Made by a program: the position numbers and the translations under genes. The notes beneath the pieces were generated by a model that was not told the DNA's origin, made no database searches, and saw only the letters and a program-made list of their open reading frames with translations. A stretch of 64,000 bases of DNA from Scyliorhinus canicula. Its lineage: Eukaryota. Below are positions 56,663 to 64,000 of the stretch, piece by piece (positions within the stretch are counted from its first letter, which is position 1; each line of letters starts with the position of its first letter). The stretch is from contig NW_024055479.1 of assembly GCF_902713615.1 (NCBI RefSeq), forward strand, positions 62,001 to 126,000. Reading direction: 5' to 3'.

Positions 56663-59070
56663 GGTGGTGAATGTCACTTAGTAATTCACACTGTATTCAC
56701 CAATACGTACTATTGTAAGCGCAGTAGCGTTATACGACCACTAGGGGGAGTAGCTCTGGCAATGCTCAGGAGTTTGTGCAGAGCTCCACCCTAGGCTCCG
56801 CCCACGACTCCTCCCCCTAGACTGCTGCATAAATAACCGTGTCCAGAGCCAGCCTGAGTTCATCGAGAGTTCAACGGGTATGAGGGTGGCTCTGAAGTAA
56901 GTAGATTAAAACCACTGTTCATATCTGAAAGCACGTGTCTCGTGAATGGATGGTTCCATCAATTTAATCTACTTAAGAACAGTCAGGATCGATCATGGAA
57001 TCAGCCCTCAAGCCTGACGCCTAGAACTCGACCCATAGGATGCAGAGGCTAAAGAAATCTTCTCGCACTGGCTGCGGTGCTTTAAGGCGTACCTGGCAGA
57101 AGCGAGCTCAGCCGAAACAACAGAGGATCAGATGTTAACTCTACTGCATGCGAGGGTGAGCCACAGAATCTCTACGCATCTAATCTCGGCCGGTTCATAT
57201 ACTGCAGCGCTAGCGATACTCGATAAGATGTATGTAAGGCACATTAACGAAGTTTACGCACGCCATGTGTTGACGACTCGCCGCCAGTGGCCTGCAGAAT
57301 CACTCGCCGAATTTCTAAGAGAGCTCAAAAATTGATCAAATGACTGTAACACTACCTCGCAGGTAGGAGGTTCACCCTCATCACCGACCATCGATCGGTT
57401 GCCTTTATGTTTGATAACTCGCAAAGGGGCAAAATAAAAAATGATAAAATTCTTCGGTGGAGGATTGAAATCTCCACCTATAATTACGATATTAAGTATT
57501 GACCCGGGAAGCTCAACGAGCCTCTGGATGCTCTATCCCGTGGGACATGCGCTAGCACGCAGATTGACCAACTGAAAGTCATCCACAACGACCTCTGCCA
57601 CCTGGGGGGGGGGGTCACCCGGCTCGCCCACTACATCAGAGCCCGAAACGTGCCTTTCTCCAACGAGCAGGTAAAAGCAGTCACCAGGGATTGCCCGATC
57701 TGTGCGGAGTGCAAACTGCACTTCTTTTGACCAGACAGGGCCCACCTGGTCAAGGCTTCTAGGCCCTTTGAACGCTTCGCGATTGATTTCAAAGGGAAAC
57801 TCCCCTCAACTAACAAGAATGTTTACTTTCTAAACGTTGTAGATGAGTTCTCCCGTTTCCCATTTGCTACTCCGTGTCCCGACATGACCTCCCACACAGT
57901 CATTAGGGCCCGACATAGTATCTTCACACTGTTTGGTGTCCACTTCTACGTACACAGCGACCGGGGTTCGTCCTTCATGAGCGACGAGCTGCGTCAGTAC
58001 CTGCTTGACAAGGGCATTGCCTCGAGCAGGACTACCAGCTACAACCCCAGGGGGAACGGGCAGATGGTGAGGGAGAACACGATGGTCTGGAAGACCGTCC
58101 TACTGACCCTCCGGTCTCGAAAGCTCCAAGTCTCTCAGTGGCAGGATGTCCTCCCAGACGCGCTCCACACTATCAGGTCCCTCCTATGCACAGTGACCAA
58201 TCAGACCCCTCATGAGAGGCTCTTCATTTTCTCCAGGGGCACTACCACGGGGGTCTCACTTCCAGCATGGCTGACGACACCGGGCCGGTACTCCTGAGGA
58301 AACACGTCAGGGCACACTAAACCGACCCCCTTGTTGAGAAGCTGCGCCTGCTCCACTCCAACCCGCAGTACGCCTTCGTCGAGTTCCCTGACGGCCGCCA
58401 GGACACAGTATCCCTCCGGGATCTGGCACCCACCGGATCCAGCGCCCAATCTACCCCCACAGAAGGACCCCTCACCCTACACCCCATGCTGCCACCCCCA
58501 CGTGCTCCCGAGCCCACGAGCTCGCTCCACCAGTTCCGTGCACCCGCACCGGCCAGCCCCCAGCTCCCCCGGTCCCCGGTCGAACCAGAAGAGTATGAAG
58601 CTCGGACACAACCCTCCCTGGAGTCCGCCACTGTACCCCAGCACACAACACCCATCCAGCCACCGCAAGAGGCTGCAACCCCGGCGCTCCGCAGATCACA
58701 GCAGACAGTTCGACCACCGCACAGACTTACTTTGTAGACCATCACCTCCGCCGGACTTGATTTTGCAGGGGGTGAATGTGGTGAATGTAACTTTGTAATT
58801 CACACTGTATTTACCAATACTATTGTTAGCGCAGTAGCGTTATCCGACCACTAGGGGAAGTAGCTCTGGGAATGCTCAGGAGTTTGTACAGGGCTCCACC
58901 CTAGGCTCCGCCCACGACTCCTCCCCCTAGACTGCTGTATAAATAACCGTGTCCAGAGCCAGCCTGAGTTTATCGAGAGTTCAACAGGTAACAGGCTGGC
59001 TCTGAAGTAAGTAGATTAAAACCACTGTTACATCTGAAAGCACGTGTCTCGTGAATTGATGGTTCCATCA
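56663..59070 (+). mobile_element. Gypsy/Ty3 LTR retrotransposon, internally deleted
   Basis: LTRs at 56663-56961 and 58777-59070 (TG..CA in the 3' LTR, roughly 93% alike by eye); TSD GGACG (56658-56662 / 59071-59075); PPT agggggtgaa. Gag remnant ~56995-57330; integrase remnant ~57570-58400; RT absent. Confidence 0.93.
57884..58297 (+). pseudogene. Gypsy integrase catalytic-core fragment
   Basis: HSDRGSSFMS..IASSRTTSYNPRGNGQ; upstream CPICAEC zinc finger and IDFKG..VVDEFSRFPFA motifs interrupted by stops. Confidence 0.88.
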
Positions 59071-59599
59071 GGACGCCATGTGGCCTTATCTCCCTATTTG
59101 TAACGATCATACAGCTTTGACAAAGAGTCTGGTGCAGGATGCCCCAAAAGAGTCTCAGACAGCTGGATTTTATAACTTTCCTTTCCTTCTCTGCCGCCGG
59201 TCTGTCCCTTGATGAAGACTTTAGGGTACGAAGCTTGATGTGGTTTGATGAAGAATTTGCCGTAATGATATCAGCGATCTCCTCCCCGTCATTAAGGTTC
59301 ATGTGGCTGCATTTCTAGCAGAGTTTGGCAGTCTCGGCTTTGCCCTCCCTCGGAGGGTGGGCCATTGGAGAGTTGGCAGAACAGACCGTAGCGGGGGGGA
59401 GGCTTTCCGGCCAGATGGACGGAGTTTCCAGTCCATCAAAGTGATTTCTCAGGAGTCTTGGTTAAATGCACTCGATTGAGATTCAAGAAGGAAACTCATG
59501 AGTGTTCTCACATTGCATATGAGGGTATGATTGAGTCACTGTTAATGGGAAGTCCCTCGCGCTTTTATGTTTCACTGATTCGGAATCACAGAATAAGAA

Positions 59600-62410
59600 T
59601 TACAGACTACTACAGTGCAGAGGAGGCTGTTAGGCCCATCCAGTCTGCACTGACGCATGAAAGGCCCTGACCTGCCTCGCTAATCCCAATTGATTGCACT
59701 TCGCCCACAGACTTGAATGTTAAGACGTGTCAGTACTCATCCAGGCAGGAAGTGAGGCATCCTACTTCCACCACTCTCCCAGGCAGTGCATTGCAGACAG
59801 CCACTACTCCGCGTAAAAAAGATTGTCCTCAAACCGCCCCCCCCCTCCCCCCGCCCAAAACCGCTTACCATGACTTTGAACTTGTGCCCCTCGTAACTGA
59901 CCACTCAACTAAGGGAAACAGCTGCTCCCTAACCACCCGTCCGTACCCCTCATAATCTGGTGCACCTCAATTGTTCGCCCCTCAGTCTTCTTTGCCCTTC
60001 TGCCCAAAGAGATCTCAGGCCAAACACACCAAGGCTCCTTTGTTCTACAGAACTTCCCAGAGTCAGACATTTAATAGTATACATCCTTGTTAAATTGCTC
60101 CTTCCAAAGAGTATCCCCTCACACTTTTCAGGGTTGAATTCCATTTGCCACTCATCCACCTATTTGATCATCCAGTCGATATCTTCCTGTACCCCAAAAC
60201 ACTCAACCTCACACATTCCAGATATCAATGGGGTATACGTGTGTTTTAAGAACATAAGAACTAGGAGCAGGAGTAGGCCATCTAGCCCCTCGAGCCAGCT
60301 CCGCCATTCAAAGAGATCATGGCTGATCTTTTGTGGACTCAGCTCCACTTTCCGGCCCGAACACCGTAACCCTTAATCGCTTTATTCTTCAAAAAACTAT
60401 CTATCTTTATCTTATAAACATTTAATGAAGGAGCCTCAACTGCTTCACCGGGCAAGGAATTCCATAGATTCACAACCCTCCAAACTCAGTCCTAAATCTA
60501 CTTCCCCTTATTTTGAGGCTATGCCCCCTAGTTCTGCTTTCACCCATCAGTGGAAACAACCTGCCCGCATTTGTCCTATCTATTCCCTTCAAGATGTTAA
60601 ATGTTTCTGTAAGATCTCACGTCTTCCTTCTAAATTCCAACGAGTATAGTCCCAGTCTGCTCAACCTCTCCTCATAATCCAACCCCTTCAGCTCTGGGAT
60701 TAACCTAGTGAATCTCCTCTGCACACCCTCCAGCGCCAGTACGTTCTTTCTCAGGTAAGGAGACCAAAACTGAACACAATACTCCAGGTGTGGCCTCGCT
60801 AACCGTTTACACAATTGCAGCATAACCTCCCTAGTCTTCAACTCCATCCCTCTAGCAATGAAAGACAAAATTCCATTTGCCATCTTAATCACCTGTTGCA
60901 CCTGTAAACGAACGTTTTGCGACTCATGCACCTGCACACCCAAGTCTCTATGCACAGCAGCATGTTTAAATATTTTATCATTTAAATAATAATCCCTTTT
61001 GCTGTTATTCCGACCAAAATGGATAACCTCACATTTGTCAACATCGTATTCCATCTGCCAGACCCTAGCCCATTCTCTTCCCCTATCCAAATCCCTCTGA
61101 AGACTTCCAGTATCCTCTGCACTTTTTGCTTTACCACTCATCTTACTGTCGTCTGCAAACCTGGACACATTGCCCTTGGTCCCCAACTCCAAATCATCTA
61201 TGTATATTGTGAACAATTGTCGGCCCAACACGGATCCCTGAGGGACACCACTAGCTACTGATTGCCAACCAGAGAAACACCCATTTAACCCCACTCTTTG
61301 CTTTCTATTAATTTACCAATCCTCTATCCATGCTACTATGTTACTCTCAATGCCATGCATCTTTATCTTATGCAGCAACCTTTTGTGTGGCACCTTGTCA
61401 AAGGCTTTCTGGAAATCCAGATATACCACATCCATTGGATCCCCGTTATCTACCCCACTGGCAATATCCTCAAAACATTCCACCAAATTAGTTTCGCACG
61501 ACCTGCCCTTTATGAACCCATGCTGCGTCTCCCCAAACAGGGGCTGTTTAGCTCAGGGCTAAATCGCTGCCTTTGAAAGCAAACCAAGCAGGAGTCAGCA
61601 CGGTTCAATTCCCGTAACAGCCTCCCTGAACAGGCGCCGGAATGTGGCGCCTAGGGGCATTTCATAGTAACTTCATTGAAGCCTACTCGTGACAATAAGC
61701 GATTTTCATTTTTCATTTCAATGGGACAATTTCCATCCAGATGCCTCGCCATTTCTTCCTTGATGATAGATACCAGAATCTTCCCTACTACCGAAGTTAA
61801 CCTCGCTGGCCTATAATTTCCCGCTCTCTGCCTACCTCCTTTTTTAAACAGTGGTGTCACGTCTGCTAATTTCCAATCCGCCGGGACCACCCCAGAGTCT
61901 AGCGAATTTTGGTAAATTAGCACCAGTGCATTTGCAAATTCCCTAGCCATCTCTTTTAGCACTCTGGCATGCATTCCATCAGGGCCAGGAGACTTGTCTA
62001 CCTTTATCCCCATTAGGTTGCCCATCACTACCTCCTTAGTGATAACAATCTTAGTGATAACAATCTTCTCAAGGTCCTCACCTGTCATAGCCTCATTTAT
62101 ATCAGTCACTGGCATGTTATTTGTGTCTTCCACTGTGAAGACCGACCCAAAAACCCTGTTCAGTTCCTCAGCCATTTCCTCATCTCCCATTATTAAATCT
62201 CCCTTCTCATCCTCTAAAGGACTAATATTTACCTTAGCCACTCTTTTTTGTTTTATCTATTTGTAGAAACTTTTACTACCTGTTTTTATATTCTGAGCAG
62301 GTTTACACACATAATCTATTTTACTCTTCTTTCTAGCTTTTTTCTGTTGCCCCCTAAAGATTCCCAGTTCTCTCGTCTTCCACAAATCTTTGCCACTTTG
62401 TATGTTTTTT
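59600..62410 (-). mobile_element. CR1 LINE fragments (RT to 3' end), two copies
   Basis: KSPGPDGMH, NYRPARLTSV, SGVPQGSVLG, FADD and LEYCVQFWSPY motifs with stops; a short SINE is inserted at 61541-61720. Confidence 0.88.
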
Positions 62411-62539
62411 GTATGAATTTTGTCAAATTCGTTCGTATACCAGCACTTTTGATGATTTGGGGAGGTATTTGTATTCAACAATCGCTGTTGTAGTTTGTGG
62501 AAGGTTGAACTTGTGAAACCTATCGGGCATTGGGTCTCT

Positions 62540-64000
62540 TATCTTCGACAATGGTGACAATGGAGGGTTTAAACTAATGTGGCAGGGGGATGGGATCCAA
62601 TGTAGGAAGTCGGAGGGAAGTAAGACGGGGCCAGAATCAGAAAGCAGTCAGGGGGAAAGTGTAAGGCAGAGAAGCCAGAGTCAAAAATCAAAAAGGGTCA
62701 CAGTACAGCGTAGAGTGACTGAGGAGAGTTTGAAAAGGGAAGAGGCCAATGCAGGATTGAGGATGTTGTACATAAATGCGCGCAGTTTACGGAACAAGGT
62801 AAATTAGCTTGTTGCGCACATTGAAATTGGCCGGTACGATGTTGTGGGCATCACAGACACGTGGCTGCAAGGGGATCAGGGCTGGGATCTAAATATCCAA
62901 GGCTATATGTCCTATCGAAAGGTCAAGCAGATGGTCAAAGGGGGCGGGGTTGCATTGTTAGTAAGGAATGAAGTTAAATCGACAGCAAGGAGCGATATAG
63001 GATCAGAAGGCATCTACTCTCTGTGGGTAGAGTTGAGGAATCGCAAAGGTAAAAAGACTTTGATGGGAGTTATGTACAGGCCCCCAAGCAGTAGTCAGGA
63101 TGTTGGACAGGAAATAAATCAGAAGACAGAAAAGGCATGTAAAAAGGCAATATTACAATAATAATGATGGACTTCAATATGCAAGTGGACTGGTAAAATC
63201 AGGTTGGCAATGGTCCCAAGAAATGGAATTTGTGGAATGTCTACGATTGTTTTTTGGAGCAGTTTGTGACAGAGCCAACCCGGGAACAGGCAATTCTGGA
63301 TTTGTTGATGTGTAATGAGGCAGACTTGATAAGGGAACTTAAGGTGAAGGAACACTTTGGGAGCAGTGACCACAATATGATGGAATTTACCCTGCAGTTT
63401 GACAGGGAGAAGCTGGAATCAGATGGAACAGTATTACAATTAAATAAGGGTAACTACAAATACATGAGGGTGGAGCTGGCCAGAGTTGATTGGATAAGGA
63501 GCCTAGCAGGGAAGATAGTGGAACAGCAATGGCAGGAGTTTTTTTTTTTGGGGGGGGGGGGGGGGTCCGGGTAATTAGGGAGGCACAACAGAAATTCATC
63601 CCAAGGAGGAGGAAACATGCGAAGGGGAGAACAAGGCATCCATGGCTGACGAGGGATGTCAGTGACAGTTAATAAAGCTAAGGAAAAAGCATACAAAGTG
63701 GCGAGGATTAGTGGGAAACCAGAGGATTGGGACACCTTTAAAAGCGAGCAGAGGACAACTAAAAAAGCAATAATGGGGGAGAAGATGAAGTACGAGTGCA
63801 AGCTAACTCGTAATATAAAGGAAGATACGAAGAGATTTTTTTCAATATATAAAAGGTAAGAGAGTGGCACAAATAGACATTGGAGCACAAGAAAATGTGG
63901 CTGGAGAAGTAATAATAGGAAGCAAAGAAATGGCAGACGGACTGAATAGTTACTTTGCATCAGTATTCACGATGGTCGACACCAGTGGAATGCCAGAGCT
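62540..64000 (+). mobile_element. CR1 LINE ORF2 endonuclease region (continues beyond the window)
   Basis: LYINARSLRNK, GITDTWL, GGGVALLV, YRPPSS, LDLLMCNE and SSDHNM motifs with stops and frameshifts. Confidence 0.88.

Noticed and set aside
9346-61720. tRNA-like heads of V-SINEs and short SINEs as tRNA genes
   Set aside because: They have A/B boxes but no complete cloverleaf, and they continue into SINE bodies.
10330-63570. Scattered poly-G/poly-C runs of 12-22 nt
   Set aside because: Most lie within known repeat families or are simple homopolymers with uncertain length; no pattern ties them to V or tRNA genes.
1-64000. D, J or C gene segments
   Set aside because: I found no FGxG motif preceded by a 12-RSS and followed by a splice donor, and no C1-set exon. 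This was a by-eye search only.

Overview
This is a vertebrate genomic window, almost certainly from a cartilaginous fish. The repeat content (HE1/V-SINE, CR1, Rex1/Babar, L1, Penelope-like) is typical of sharks, but the species is not determinable from sequence alone. The window lies in the V-segment region of a T-cell receptor locus, most likely TRA/TRD. It has four apparently intact leader+V segments with 23-type recombination signals: 14967(+), 17298(+), 22935(+) and 40474(-). About ten V pseudogenes or remnants accompany them, arranged as repeated cassettes on both strands, with recognisable promoter motifs (CRE, TCR decamer, CCAAT, ETS) and CTCF-like sites. No D, J or C segments were seen. 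From 28 to 56 kb the V segments are interleaved with a tRNA gene cluster: Thr-CGT, Asn-GTT, two tRNA-Pro copies with insertions exactly at the canonical intron position, and a homogenised ~2.3-kb tandem array (Val-TAC / Arg-ACG / Val-AAC plus a Penelope fragment, ~4.8 units, 43.5-54.5 kb). Degenerate and inverted array units and inverted duplications flank it. Other elements: a degenerate L1 carrying a 2.2-kb purine-skewed 49-bp minisatellite; two minimal hammerhead-ribozyme motifs with intact cores; and an internally deleted Gypsy LTR element with a 5-bp TSD and a self-complementary, non-tRNA primer-binding site. The long low-complexity ORFs in the supplied track (5.0-7.7 kb) are artefacts of the minisatellite.
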